Virus record (IMG/VR): IMGVR_UViG_3300005083_000010
DNA: 20,000 bases
Source of the DNA: an uncultured virus (IMG/VR IMGVR_UViG_3300005083_000010)
Taxonomy: Duplodnaviria > Heunggongvirae > Uroviricota > Caudoviricetes
Reading direction: 5' to 3' (one strand)
The notes below the pieces were generated by a model that saw only the letters and a program-made list of their open reading frames with translations, searched no databases and was not told where the DNA came from. This document shows positions 5,574-15,418 of this stretch, piece by piece. The first letter of the stretch is position 1. Each line of letters starts with the position of its first letter. The translations under genes were made by a program, and so were the position numbers.

Positions 5574-7905
5574 AGTATTTACCTCCTTTACGGTCAAATA
5601 CATGGTGTTGTACACCATAATTCGGCACACGTTTTTTGCCCACATATATCCAGTCTTTCTGCTTACGCAGAACCCGCGTAATATCTTTAGCGTTGTGTTT
5701 TAAATCTGACAAGTTTTTGTGCAGGCATTCGCACCATACGGTGGCGGCGCAAATGCGGTCAGGTATTTCTTCGATTGAATCCGTGTCGCCCTCAAGCCAT
5801 GCCTCTATTACACCGATTGTCGCGTCAGTTTCCTCGAACTGCGCTTGTGATTCTTCCACTTGTGAAATCATGTGTTCGGGAATCAGCGCGTCTTCGCCTT
5901 GCTTATAGTAATAATAAGCTTCTGCCCAGTATTGCTGTACCAATTTGTCGGTTAACTCTTTAAACAGGTTTTTTGTACGCTTTTTGGGGTTTATTCGTAT
6001 GCACCAGAAGCGCCGGTTACCTGTTTTGTCCCGCAGAAATTCTTCTTCGTTTGTGGTACCAAAGAAGATAGCCTTGCGGGGAAAATCGCTAACTTCGCGG
6101 TCGTATGCTACGCGATAAGAATCCGTTGTTTTTGTGATGAATTGCTTTACATCTTCTATTTCCGATTTTTTGTATGCACTCATTTCACCAAACTCAAACA
6201 ACCACGCGCTTTGCAGCATTTCACCTGCTTCTTTAGAATCGAAATTCTTTAACGAATCGTTAAACCATTCGCCGCCCATACGGGCTAACAGACTACTCTT
6301 AAACCCGCCTTGCGCTCCGACAAGGATAAGCACGTAGTCATGTTTACAGCCCGGTTCATAAATGCGCTTTACACCGGCGATAAACTGCTTACGGGTAAAC
6401 ATGCGGTTAATCTCTGACGCTTCCGCGCCCAAATACTCAACGAAAAGCGTTTCAAGGCGTTCTACGCCGTCCCACGGCGCCGATTCTATATATTCTTTGA
6501 TAGGGTGAAACGGATTGCGCCGTGCGACGTGAGTAAGCGCGTCCACAAATCGCACAGAGCTACTAAGCCTAAAATTACTCTCAAGCCATACCATAGCTTC
6601 CCTATCATCAAAGCCTTGCCAAGCTTCATACTCTTTGTGGTGCGTATCGTCCATTTTTCGCCACGGCAGGTTTTTTCGGATTGAAATCCTATGCTTAAAT
6701 TCGTCAAATGCTAATACATCTTTAAACGCGCCGTTTTGTAGTATTAGCACGTAGTTATCTCTAACATCAACTAAGCCGTTTTTGCCTTTGACCAGTTTTT
6801 TCAGCCAAGCGTCCGGGTCATCGTCTATGTTGTCCAAGTTGTCCGTGTTATCCGTCTCGTCGGCGTCGAACACGCCCGCCGCCTCGGCTGTTGTTTTCTC
6901 CTGCATTTCCGGCAGCGCAGACGCCCACGCTTCCATAGCCTTTTGCGACGGCATATCTCCTATAGGCGTATCAGGCGCGGCGTCCTTGTCCATTTCGCCA
7001 AACATGTGTATACGCACTAAATCCCAAGCATTGCACTCACGGCAGCTTATCGGGTCTGTTGCGTGCAGGCTGTAGGCATACTGCGCGTTATCGTAGAGCA
7101 GCAAGCCGCCGCTTAGCGCCGTACCGTGCGCCCAAGAATATTGTCGGTCGTTAAACCTGATATACTTGTCCGGCAGATACTTAGTTATAGCGCCGTGAAT
7201 ATCTCCGCACGCGCGGCAGAACCGTCCTACAATGCCATCTTTTTCACGCGGATCCGGGAGCTTGTTTCCTTCCGTCACGTGTACTTCCTTTTCGGATTTA
7301 AACTTAAGCCATTGCTTTGTATCCACCCACCACGGGTTATCTCTTACCCACGCGGCGACATCGAGCGGAGCGCCGTCTTGACGCTCCGGCAGGTGCGGCA
7401 CATCTTTAGGGAGCGTGGGCATATACATTCCGCGTTCGGGCTGTATGGTCGTCTTGTCGAAATAGTGTTCGCCCAGTTCAATCACAAACTTCCGCGCGAT
7501 TGCTTCATACATTATCGCGCTCACAGGCTCGCTGAACGGTGCTACTATCCGCAGCTTTTGCTTATCCTCGCTCCACGACACGGTTTGATACATCACGGCG
7601 GCTAAATCCGGGTACAGCGTGGTAAACCTAAGCCACAGAAATTCATCGCCGTTATCCGCGTCAAGCGTGAGCATAGAGCGGTTAACCACTTCTCCCCTTG
7701 CGCGGCGCGTGCCACGCAGCGCGCCGCCGACAAATATATAGCCGTCTTTTTGCTTCTTAACCTCCGTAGTGTCGGCGGCGACACACGAAAGCCGCCGAAG
7801 GTGTTTTTCCTCCGTCAGCTTATCCGCGAACGCGTCCCACAATTCGGTTACTTGCCTATAGCTATTGCTTTCGGCTTTTGGTGCTATGTGATATGTAACA
7901 TACAT
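5548..7905 (-). CDS. Phage primase-helicase (N-terminal primase-like domain, C-terminal VapE/virulence-associated E P-loop ATPase)
   Basis: LTLDAD acidic motif, FHPIKEYI..WDGVERL, EPGCKHD, Walker A GAQGGFKS, FFGTTNEEEFLRDKTGNRRFW. Confidence 0.92.
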   Translation of the reverse strand: MYVTYHIAPKAESNSYRQVTELWDAFADKLTEEKHLRRLSCVAADTTEVKKQKDGYIFVGGALRGTRRARGEVVNRSMLTLDADNGDEFLWLRFTTLYPDLAAVMYQTVSWSEDKQKLRIVAPFSEPVSAIMYEAIARKFVIELGEHYFDKTTIQPERGMYMPTLPKDVPHLPERQDGAPLDVAAWVRDNPWWVDTKQWLKFKSEKEVHVTEGNKLPDPREKDGIVGRFCRACGDIHGAITKYLPDKYIRFNDRQYSWAHGTALSGGLLLYDNAQYAYSLHATDPISCRECNAWDLVRIHMFGEMDKDAAPDTPIGDMPSQKAMEAWASALPEMQEKTTAEAAGVFDADETDNTDNLDNIDDDPDAWLKKLVKGKNGLVDVRDNYVLILQNGAFKDVLAFDEFKHRISIRKNLPWRKMDDTHHKEYEAWQGFDDREAMVWLESNFRLSSSVRFVDALTHVARRNPFHPIKEYIESAPWDGVERLETLFVEYLGAEASEINRMFTRKQFIAGVKRIYEPGCKHDYVLILVGAQGGFKSSLLARMGGEWFNDSLKNFDSKEAGEMLQSAWLFEFGEMSAYKKSEIEDVKQFITKTTDSYRVAYDREVSDFPRKAIFFGTTNEEEFLRDKTGNRRFWCIRINPKKRTKNLFKELTDKLVQQYWAEAYYYYKQGEDALIPEHMISQVEESQAQFEETDATIGVIEAWLEGDTDSIEEIPDRICAATVWCECLHKNLSDLKHNAKDITRVLRKQKDWIYVGKKRVPNYGVQHHVFDRKGGKYCVEVSNSR

Positions 7906-7959
7906 AAATCGAACCTCTTTGCTTTAGAATAAGGTCTTGCTTAGTACCATAAGGTTCAA

Positions 7960-8160
7960 TCAGTTCTCCTCGGTTTCACTTGTTAACTTAATCAGTTCTA
8001 TAGTCATTCGCATAAGCAAGACGCACACAAGCGCCTTTACCTCGTCCTCGTCGTCCTTTTCTACGGATTCATGCCATTCATCGAGCATTCGCTTCTGAAT
8101 AGGCGCCAATGCCATCATGATGATTTTCCGTGCTTCTTGTTTCGTGTACATGTCCGCCAT
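7960..8160 (-). CDS. Hypothetical protein (66 aa)
   Basis: AGGAGG RBS, fits the operon tiling. Confidence 0.7.
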   Translation of the reverse strand: MADMYTKQEARKIIMMALAPIQKRMLDEWHESVEKDDEDEVKALVCVLLMRMTIELIKLTSETEEN

Positions 8161-8172
8161 GTTTTACACCTC

Positions 8173-8496
8173 CTATCCGTGCCAATTCTTCATACCCTTC
8201 TGACCGACGCCGCGCCGAACCACCGCCGATTCACTCGCGGGCATTGCGATTATGCTATACGTCGGAAAGCTTTGCACGAACATTTCGTTCTTGCAGTTTA
8301 GGCATTTGATATTTGATTCCTCGTTCGTTGTTAATCCAAGCTCCGCCAAGTCGTCGTAACCGCTTATGCTAAATCCGCAATACGGGCATACAAGCTTGTC
8401 CTCATGTGTGCGCGGATAAAAGCATTGATAGCCCTCGTCCGCGCAGCCGGGGGTGTTCCAGCAGCATTGCGGGCATATGTTATACTTATCAGGCAT
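8173..8496 (-). CDS. Cys-rich putative zinc-ribbon protein (107 aa)
   Basis: CPQCC, CPYC and CLNC motifs. GGAGAGGGGG RBS. Confidence 0.7.
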   Translation of the reverse strand: MPDKYNICPQCCWNTPGCADEGYQCFYPRTHEDKLVCPYCGFSISGYDDLAELGLTTNEESNIKCLNCKNEMFVQSFPTYSIIAMPASESAVVRRGVGQKGMKNWHG

Positions 8497-9409
8497 TGTT
8501 TACCCCCTCTCCTATAAACAACTTCCCATAATACGTGTCATACCAATCCGACTTGCGCCATTGTCCGCTATACACATACTTTGTCGCGAAGTATTGCGCC
8601 TCTTTGCTGATGGGGTGTCCACCGTTATGTAAATCTCTATAAGCTTGTGCGTAAAGCGTTATTGCCCCCAAGTCCCGCAGTTCTTCTATTCGCGCCATAG
8701 CGTCGGGTATGTCCCGCACAAGAAAATACACAAATATCCGCGTTGACGGCACACCGCAATCGTTTAGAAGTCTTATAGCGTGTCGTAAAGGTTTAACCGA
8801 TGAATACGTGTCACAAGCAAATCGCAAGTATTTAATCCACTTAAGTTTGGAAAGCATTTGCGCAGTTGCTATGCTAACAAGTCTTGCGTCCATGCCTTGA
8901 TTTATATCTATTGGATATTTACAGTTTTCTATTTGCCTAATCCCCCAAGAGGACGCAAGAATATTGTTATCCATAAGCACTATGCCGCGTCCGTTTTCCG
9001 CAATATCGTCAAGTCGTCTATACGGCTGAATACTTCCTTCTTTTTCGGGTACAACACACCATTCGCAGCGGTTAGGGCAGCCGCGAGTTAAAAACCCTAT
9101 GTCATACGGATAATCCGGATACAGGCTATAATCGGGCTTTAGCGCGTCTATTTCGTCAGGTAGCTTGCTTTGTATGTCATACCCTGTACCGCCTTTAATT
9201 GTAGTTTCGGGCAAATACGGGTCTGTAGGAGTAAACGTAAAAATCTTACTCGAATATACCAAGTCGTAATCACACATAACAGGCAACCACCACTTAACCG
9301 TATCCCCGCGCAGCTTATGATATGTAGATATTTTCATAAGTGCGTAGTTTGGGTAAGTCTTTTTCTTTCTAAAATGTGCGGCGTCGGCGTCATGTAAGCC
9401 TATTACCAT
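8489..9409 (-). CDS. Radical SAM superfamily protein
   Basis: TRGCPNRCEWC (CxxxCxxC), LMDNNIL, N-terminal PNYALMKIS. Confidence 0.9.
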   Translation of the reverse strand: MVIGLHDADAAHFRKKKTYPNYALMKISTYHKLRGDTVKWWLPVMCDYDLVYSSKIFTFTPTDPYLPETTIKGGTGYDIQSKLPDEIDALKPDYSLYPDYPYDIGFLTRGCPNRCEWCVVPEKEGSIQPYRRLDDIAENGRGIVLMDNNILASSWGIRQIENCKYPIDINQGMDARLVSIATAQMLSKLKWIKYLRFACDTYSSVKPLRHAIRLLNDCGVPSTRIFVYFLVRDIPDAMARIEELRDLGAITLYAQAYRDLHNGGHPISKEAQYFATKYVYSGQWRKSDWYDTYYGKLFIGEGVNNA

Positions 9410-9412
9410 ACT

Positions 9413-11395
9413 TTACCCCTTCCTGTAAAACGCGCTTGCGAAGCCCTCCGCCTTGTGCGGCATTCCCGCCGCCCACTCCGGCAGACGGGCAAATATCCCC
9501 GCAAGCTTGTTTACCATGTATTCCGTTTCTTTCGTTTCCGGCACCTCGATAACAACCTCATCGTGGACGTGCAGCACCACCGGATAACCTTCTTGTTCTA
9601 CTTGTGCTATGCCGTACGCCAACAAGTCCCTACACGCGGCGCTAACGAAGTTTTCAACCAGTTTCCCGCCGAATGTTTTAATCCGTTCCCACTTGTGCGT
9701 AACGGCGTTAATCCCTTCATACGTCAGCCCCTCACGGTTGAAGCGCTTGTCAATCTCTATAGCCGGACGTGGGTAATACAAACTCCGACCGGACGGCAGA
9801 GCCAAGCGCAAAAAGCCTTTTTCGCACACAAACCCAATCCCCGGCTTGACCGGGTGATACACGCCGGGGTGTCGCACCGCCGACATAGCCGCGTTGCCTG
9901 TTAGCGCCCACAAGTTGACAATATGCCCGTTTGCTTTGCGGTACACGTCAACCATGCCTTGATACTTGTCCTCCGGTATCACATGTCCGTAGTCCATAGC
10001 CTTCATTGCCCCGACAGCCCCTCCGTAGTTGCAGGCAAGGCAAGCAGTTTTAGCTTGTTGCCGCTGTTCCTTTGTAACGTCTTTCACCTCCACGTTAAAC
10101 AAGCGGCTTGCCGTTTCCTTGTACAAATCGCGCCCGTCCCTGAACGCGTCAACCGCCCATTGTTCCCCCGCTATAAACGCCACATACCGCGCCTCCACTT
10201 GTGAGAAGTCCACCACGACAAACATATTCCCCGGCGTAGGCACTATCGCAGTTCGCACCAACTCACTTAGTACCGTCGCAGGTGAATCGTACATGTATTG
10301 CATAATCCAGTAGTCCCCGCACGACACGAAAACCCGCGCTTCTTCGAGATCCCGCAGCTTCATACCGCCTCTCACTAAATTTTGCGGCTGAAAAATGCGC
10401 CCCGCCCATCTCCCCGTATGTGTTCCATAGAACGCCAAAGAGCCGCGCAGCCGTCCATCTGCGCTAACTGCGTTAGACAGCGCGGCGTACTTGCTCACGC
10501 TTGACTTCCCGAGTTCGCGGCGGATCTCCATTAGCCGCGTCACGTTCTCCGGCACATCGTCACGCGCCAGATACTTTATAACGTCTGCTTTTTGGAGCTT
10601 GCTTTCGTCCTCATCGAGTTCTTTGTTCAGCCATGTGCGCAGTTGTTTAACGCTGTTCGGGTTATCCAAGCCCGACAATTCGGCGGCTTCTGCGGTCAGC
10701 TTTGCCCGCATTTCGTCGTTTATAGCTATAGCGCCATCGACCAAATCCGTATCAACGCGCATACCGCGACTGTTTATCTTGAGGTCAAGCCGCCATTCCT
10801 CCCACACATGCGCGGGTACAGGCACGTTTGACAGCAGCTTGTGTATGTACCGTTCCGCCGTGACATCGCCCGCGCAGTATTCCTTAAAGGTTTCCCACGC
10901 GCTGTCAGGTTCGCCGAGCGGGAGTGTCGGCAAGTGCCGCGTCGTCGGGTCGGAGCGTGTCGGCGTATGCGGTTGGCAAAAATAGCGTATTAGCATGTCG
11001 CCCGTGTCCTTCTTTGCCACGTCCTCCGACAGGTTTAACGCTTCTCCGCATTGCTTGAGCGATCGCGGCAAGCCAAGGTAACACGCATGTATCATAATGT
11101 CTTCCCATTGCGACGTGTCGAGAGTTATGCCGAAGTGCTTCTCAAGGCAAACAATCTCAAACTGACTATTCCACGCAAGCTTCTTGACGTCAGGGTTAAG
11201 CAGCGTATGCTTAAGCCAATCAAGCGCGGCGCCGGACACACCGCTTTTCATGTCATACACTTGCGGCGGATCGTCGCCGTCTGCTATGCCGACCAGAAGC
11301 ACTTCAAAGTCAGGCGCCTCCGCGTAGCGGAATACCCCTGACTTTGTAAGGTTTGTACTGCTATATGTTTCAATATCTATCACGATTTCACGCAT
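9413..11395 (-). CDS. Family A DNA polymerase with 3'-5' exonuclease
   Basis: ExoI IDIETYS, TGRWAG, motif A DFSQVEAR, motif B RQQAKTACLACNYG, motif C HVHDE. Confidence 0.96.
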   Translation of the reverse strand: MREIVIDIETYSSTNLTKSGVFRYAEAPDFEVLLVGIADGDDPPQVYDMKSGVSGAALDWLKHTLLNPDVKKLAWNSQFEIVCLEKHFGITLDTSQWEDIMIHACYLGLPRSLKQCGEALNLSEDVAKKDTGDMLIRYFCQPHTPTRSDPTTRHLPTLPLGEPDSAWETFKEYCAGDVTAERYIHKLLSNVPVPAHVWEEWRLDLKINSRGMRVDTDLVDGAIAINDEMRAKLTAEAAELSGLDNPNSVKQLRTWLNKELDEDESKLQKADVIKYLARDDVPENVTRLMEIRRELGKSSVSKYAALSNAVSADGRLRGSLAFYGTHTGRWAGRIFQPQNLVRGGMKLRDLEEARVFVSCGDYWIMQYMYDSPATVLSELVRTAIVPTPGNMFVVVDFSQVEARYVAFIAGEQWAVDAFRDGRDLYKETASRLFNVEVKDVTKEQRQQAKTACLACNYGGAVGAMKAMDYGHVIPEDKYQGMVDVYRKANGHIVNLWALTGNAAMSAVRHPGVYHPVKPGIGFVCEKGFLRLALPSGRSLYYPRPAIEIDKRFNREGLTYEGINAVTHKWERIKTFGGKLVENFVSAACRDLLAYGIAQVEQEGYPVVLHVHDEVVIEVPETKETEYMVNKLAGIFARLPEWAAGMPHKAEGFASAFYRKG

Positions 11396-11601
11396 TCGTC
11401 TTCTCCGTACCCCATATACTCCGTCCCGTACTCATCATCAAACCACGCTTCGAAATACTCACGAAACCGTATGATTATGTCGGGATTGCTTTTACGCCTT
11501 ATTGTGGCGTTCATGTCATATTGCCAACTCGACAACACAATACGGGCAATTTCTTCCATGAAAAGCTTACGGTGTTCCGTAGACATAATTTCCTGTGTCA
11601 T
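11380..11601 (-). CDS. Hypothetical protein (73 aa)
   Basis: ATGA coupling, tiles between its neighbours. Confidence 0.6.
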   Translation of the reverse strand: MTQEIMSTEHRKLFMEEIARIVLSSWQYDMNATIRRKSNPDIIIRFREYFEAWFDDEYGTEYMGYGEDECVKS

Positions 11602-11822
11602 ATGTTCCCCGCTTCTATGTCTGCGATAGCAAACATGAGTATCGTCATTGCGCGAGATTTCACGTCGTCATGGTTTTCAGTTCCCGCCTCCATCATTTCA
11701 AAAAACATTTTCTGAGCGATAGGTTCTAACCTATCAACGAGAAACCTACGCGCCGCTTTGTCGATTTCTTCTTTTTCGTCTTTCGAGTGCTTCTTCTTCT
11801 TTATAGGTATCACGTTATTCAT
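11598..11822 (-). CDS. Hypothetical protein (74 aa)
   Basis: GGAGGGG RBS and ATGA coupling. Confidence 0.7.
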   Translation of the reverse strand: MNNVIPIKKKKHSKDEKEEIDKAARRFLVDRLEPIAQKMFFEMMEAGTENHDDVKSRAMTILMFAIADIEAGNI

Positions 11823-12580
11823 ACAGCCGTCCCCTCCAGTTTCTTTTGCTCCTGCCGCTTAAGTTTTGCGGCGCGCACGAGTTCATTTTCCCTGCGCAGA
11901 ATGTCTCTCATTGCGTGTAGTTTCACTTTGACCTGCTGATAGATGACCTTGTAATGCAGGTTCTGTGCCATTCCATCAAGAATAATGTGCCGCATTTCAA
12001 TCTCGTACATCATAATGTCCGCAAGCTTGCTCTTGTCGCAGTCGTCGCGGCTCTCATATCCGGTGATGTCTTTAACAAGCTTCGAGTAAATCAGGTAATA
12101 CTTATCCGCGTGTTTACTGCCTTGCGCTTCTGCGTAGTCAACAAACATCTGTATAGCGTCAGTAGCCATGCCGCGATAATACTTACCCTCCGCTCTTATC
12201 AATTGCCATTCATCGGTATGACGTTCGGCAAGTTGCTTCTCCATTTTGTTAAAGGCGTTTATGTAAGCTTCCTTGAACTGAGCCGCCTTTTCACCTCTGT
12301 ATCCCATGGTTAAAAACGTGAAGCCGTCTTTTGTCAGGAGGTATTCTGGTCGTTTCTCTCCTTTGTTATCTGTGTATTTAACGAGCCCAAAGTTGGACTC
12401 GTTAAACCCCTCCGAGCAGTCCAAATTTTCTATATCCCTTAAAACATGCTTATGGTTTTTATGAAACATCGCGGCAACGTCTCTGCTTGATATGCGAGCA
12501 GTATCCTTCCAAACAATAAGGTGTGTTTCCTCGGGCGATTCAATCTTTTTCGTTACTATGTTCTTCTTGCTCTTTGCCAT
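11819..12580 (-). CDS. Rha family phage regulatory protein (start revised to 12580)
   Basis: SSRDVAAMFHKNHKHVLRDIENL...YLLTKDGFTFLTMGYRGEKAAQFKEAYINAFNKME. AAGGAG RBS. Confidence 0.92.
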   Translation of the reverse strand: MAKSKKNIVTKKIESPEETHLIVWKDTARISSRDVAAMFHKNHKHVLRDIENLDCSEGFNESNFGLVKYTDNKGEKRPEYLLTKDGFTFLTMGYRGEKAAQFKEAYINAFNKMEKQLAERHTDEWQLIRAEGKYYRGMATDAIQMFVDYAEAQGSKHADKYYLIYSKLVKDITGYESRDDCDKSKLADIMMYEIEMRHIILDGMAQNLHYKVIYQQVKVKLHAMRDILRRENELVRAAKLKRQEQKKLEGTAV

Positions 12581-12597
12581 AAACTTATTCTCCTTTC

Positions 12598-12972
12598 TTA
12601 ATGCTGTTTCCATAAGTCCATCGTCCTCCCTTCGTCTAAGTTAATCAGGCGGTTAAGGTATTGCCGCGCTTTCTTCAAGTCCTGCGTCCCCGCCTTGTGC
12701 GATTCACGCCACACATATTTCATGATTACAGCCTTGCAGTACCCGCGAAATTCCTCTTTCGTTAACGCGCTTTGGATAGCGTCTATGCACTCAACGCCGC
12801 CTTGCGTGTAGTGCGGCGGCTCGTACACCGCGTTATTCTCCCGCACCAATTTAAACGTCAAGCAATCGTTCGGGTCGCAATTTACATCACGCGTATCATA
12901 CGCGGCGCACTTGAATAGCTGTTCCGCGTCGCTCCATCGCGCAAATTTGCAGTCGTGCTTTTCAATCGCCAC
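12598..12972 (-). CDS. DUF3310 (SaV / T7 gp1.7 nucleotide-kinase-like) protein (probable GTG start at 12972)
   Basis: PPHYTQGGVECIDAI...GYCKAVIMKYVWR..HK.G..DLKKA..YL with a Cys-rich N-terminus. GGAGG RBS. Confidence 0.85.
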   Translation of the reverse strand: MAIEKHDCKFARWSDAEQLFKCAAYDTRDVNCDPNDCLTFKLVRENNAVYEPPHYTQGGVECIDAIQSALTKEEFRGYCKAVIMKYVWRESHKAGTQDLKKARQYLNRLINLDEGRTMDLWKQH

Positions 12973-13903
12973 GGTCAAGTACCTCCATTTTTTCAAGTTC
13001 AAGCTGTATGTATTCATCTTCTGTGTTGCGATTCCCATTCGTAGCTTTCTTCTTAGAAGGGGATAGCCACCAGTCCATAACGCTTTCGCCACCGTTAGCC
13101 CATTTCTTGTCTGACATAAGCCCGTCACGTTTACGCGCAGCCAACATACGGTCAAAAGCGCTGACATAATTTTTTCTGTACTGCGGGTACATCTCAAACT
13201 CGAAAATTATTCCTTTCCTACCTGCCATCGGGCAGCCGATACAACCTATGCGGGAAAACCCGCAAGCGTAAAGCGGATTGGTTTGAAGTTTCCTGTCTTT
13301 GATATATCTCCATATCTCTCCATCAGTCCAGTCGATGATAGGATTAGTGGCAATCCTTGCGCGCAATTGACATATGTCAGTCAGCTTCTGCGCGTCATCG
13401 TTCTCATCGTAATATATAATGCGCTTCTGCTTGTCTTTGTGGAGGCTTTCCCACGCCCCACGGTTCTTGCGCTTGTTGCTTTCTGCCCATCGTACACCTG
13501 TCATAATGTGCTGCCCGTCAAAGCGTCGTTCTTTGAAAAACTCGCAGCAGTACCGCGCAATGCGGGTCGGCGGCATTCGCTTTACCGGAATGAGGTTCCA
13601 CATCGACGCTCGTACCGTCCTACCGTCAACATCTGTAATTTCGTCGGGATAATTGATTTTGGTGGTTATGCCCTTGTTGCTAAGCCCGTGGAATACTTCC
13701 TTGATGTGCCAAACCGTTTCCGGCGCGTCAACCGTAGTATGATTGTGTTCCACCTTAAACTCCACGTCGCTACGCAGCGCAAGGTCGAGCAAGACTTCGC
13801 TATCTTTGCCGCCGCTGTAGGCAACTATAAGGTTGTTGCCCATCTCATTTGCTACTTCTGCCGCCGCTTTGATTCTTTTAATTGCAATGTCGCTTCTATC
13901 CAT
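12962..13903 (-). CDS. Phosphoadenosine phosphosulfate (PAPS) reductase family protein (start revised to 13903)
   Basis: PP-loop YSGGKDS, RYCC, GVRWAES..R, NPIIDW, RIGCIGCP. Confidence 0.92.
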   Translation of the reverse strand: MDRSDIAIKRIKAAAEVANEMGNNLIVAYSGGKDSEVLLDLALRSDVEFKVEHNHTTVDAPETVWHIKEVFHGLSNKGITTKINYPDEITDVDGRTVRASMWNLIPVKRMPPTRIARYCCEFFKERRFDGQHIMTGVRWAESNKRKNRGAWESLHKDKQKRIIYYDENDDAQKLTDICQLRARIATNPIIDWTDGEIWRYIKDRKLQTNPLYACGFSRIGCIGCPMAGRKGIIFEFEMYPQYRKNYVSAFDRMLAARKRDGLMSDKKWANGGESVMDWWLSPSKKKATNGNRNTEDEYIQLELEKMEVLDRGD

Positions 13904-13920
13904 TACCCCACCCCTCCTGT

Positions 13921-14703
13921 CTATACCTCCATCAATGCCAATTCGTCGTGGCACACAGCCCTAAGATAATCGACGACGGATTCACTCCACCTGATTTCAT
14001 AGCCCGAATGCCCGTTTCGTGTGTAGGGATATTCCCCTGCGTACTTCTTGCCGTCATCGGTCAGCCGCCATTCGCCGTCAATCTTCGCTTGCAGTCCTGC
14101 GCTGTACAATAATTCGTTAGTCTTTTTTGCGGACAAACCGCCAAGCTTCTCGCCTATTTGTGTCGCGTTGTATGTATGCACCGGTACATCGTCCGGCTTC
14201 GCGGGAAGGAGTGCTTTGTATGATGAGAAGTCCGAGCCGGTTATGCGCTCCGCGTCGGCAATAGCTTTCGAGTAAGCAATGCCTATCGGCACAGCCCACT
14301 TCTTTGCTATCAATTCAGCATTGCGTATCTCGTCGCGGAACACTATGCCGCGCAATCCGTCTCTCTTTTTCTTTTCCGCTATTAGCACTTGCCTGTAAGC
14401 CGCTTCTGCTTCGATGAAATACTGCCGGAATTGTCTGCCCTTCTCCGAGCGTTGGAGCATACATATCTCTTTCGCCATGTCGAGAGTAAGCTGATGGTCA
14501 GTCCTCGGCTTGCCCGGTAAGCCGTCAGACCTATTACTCAAAATTGAGTAATAGTCTTTCCCTTCCTCAAACCCGTACTCGCACATACGCTCAAACCAAT
14601 CGTTGTATCTGGTCTCCACTTTAAGCGCCGTGTGTAAATCCCTTCCTAATACTGTCTGCTTGCCGTCCTGCTTGTTCGTGCTGATTTTAATTAATTCGTT
14701 CAT
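13921..14703 (-). CDS. AntA/AntB-type phage antirepressor
   Basis: GRDLH..L.V.TRYNDWFERM.EYGF.EG.DY...LTLDMAKEICMLQRSEKG..FRQYFI. The C-terminal ATQIG...N.LL...LQ...W.LT..G domain resembles KilAC. Confidence 0.9.
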   Translation of the reverse strand: MNELIKISTNKQDGKQTVLGRDLHTALKVETRYNDWFERMCEYGFEEGKDYYSILSNRSDGLPGKPRTDHQLTLDMAKEICMLQRSEKGRQFRQYFIEAEAAYRQVLIAEKKKRDGLRGIVFRDEIRNAELIAKKWAVPIGIAYSKAIADAERITGSDFSSYKALLPAKPDDVPVHTYNATQIGEKLGGLSAKKTNELLYSAGLQAKIDGEWRLTDDGKKYAGEYPYTRNGHSGYEIRWSESVVDYLRAVCHDELALMEV

Positions 14704-14729
14704 AATATTTCTCCTTCCATATCAAAAAT

Positions 14730-14903
14730 TTATTTTTCGTTTCCCGCGCCCTCGGCGCAGTACCCCTCGCATATAAACGCCCGTCCGGTACACATCTCTA
14801 TGTGACCTAACTCCACCCGCTCAATACATTGCGTCTTAAAGTACAGCAAACAATTACCCGTTGCGGGGTCACGGTGCTTGCAGTTTAGTTTTGCGCTAAT
14901 CAT
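14730..14903 (-). CDS. Small Cys-rich hypothetical protein (57 aa)
   Basis: Not in the track. MISAKLNCKHRDPATGNCLLYFKTQC...GNEK, with GGAGG at 14914-14910. Confidence 0.6.
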   Translation of the reverse strand: MISAKLNCKHRDPATGNCLLYFKTQCIERVELGHIEMCTGRAFICEGYCAEGAGNEK

Positions 14904-15063
14904 TCACTTCCTCCGTTTCCAACTCTGCGCTCGGTCTTCCGAAGCACACCTTGCCATAGGCAGACAGTAGTTTGTGCTTACATATGTTGGGCGAATTACA
15001 TAACCAATACCGGGCGCCATATATTCGGGTGCTTTCTCGGTATGGGCAGTTCTTAATACGCAT
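14896..15063 (-). CDS. Small Cys-rich hypothetical protein (55 aa)
   Basis: Not in the track. MRIKNCPYRESTRIYGARYWLCNSPNICKHK...EVND, with a GGGAGG RBS. Tiles between its neighbours. Confidence 0.55.
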   Translation of the reverse strand: MRIKNCPYRESTRIYGARYWLCNSPNICKHKLLSAYGKVCFGRPSAELETEEVND

Positions 15064-15064
15064 A

Positions 15065-15418
15065 TTACCCCACACCTCCCGTAGTCAGCGTAGTAGGTGT
15101 TACCGTTGATACCGAGGGTTTCCGTTGCCAAAATTCTTTGGTAAGGCTCTCGTGGACTGCGGTAGTATACCCTGTAGGGTTCGGGTTCACGGTATAGTTC
15201 CCAGTCGTCGATGTAGTTATCTGTCCATGGAACGTGCTGCACCGGTCTACCCAAGGCGCGTACACCGTACCGCATATGGGGCATTGCCAACCCGGCAGCC
15301 CCTGAGATAACCGCCGCTTATCGTTTATGTATACATCGCAACCAATGCACTCCGTCCACTGCTTGGGGCAAGGTAACTCAGTAACGAAGCATGTTCTGCT
15401 ATCCGTTTTACTATCCAT
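15065..15418 (-). CDS. Hypothetical zinc-ribbon protein (117 aa)
   Basis: GWQCPICGTVYAPWVDRC motif and GGAGG RBS. Confidence 0.7.
   Translation of the reverse strand: MDSKTDSRTCFVTELPCPKQWTECIGCDVYINDKRRLSQGLPGWQCPICGTVYAPWVDRCSTFHGQITTSTTGNYTVNPNPTGYTTAVHESLTKEFWQRKPSVSTVTPTTLTTGGVG

Noticed and set aside
6295..6320. Walker A GAQGGFKS as a sign of an inactive helicase
   Set aside because: The catalytic KS is intact, and as I recall, substitutions at this Gly occur in VapE-family proteins.
14904..15290. 128-aa ORF from the track
   Set aside because: It overlaps 15065..15418 heavily and has no clear RBS. The RBS-led 14896..15063 ORF tiles better.
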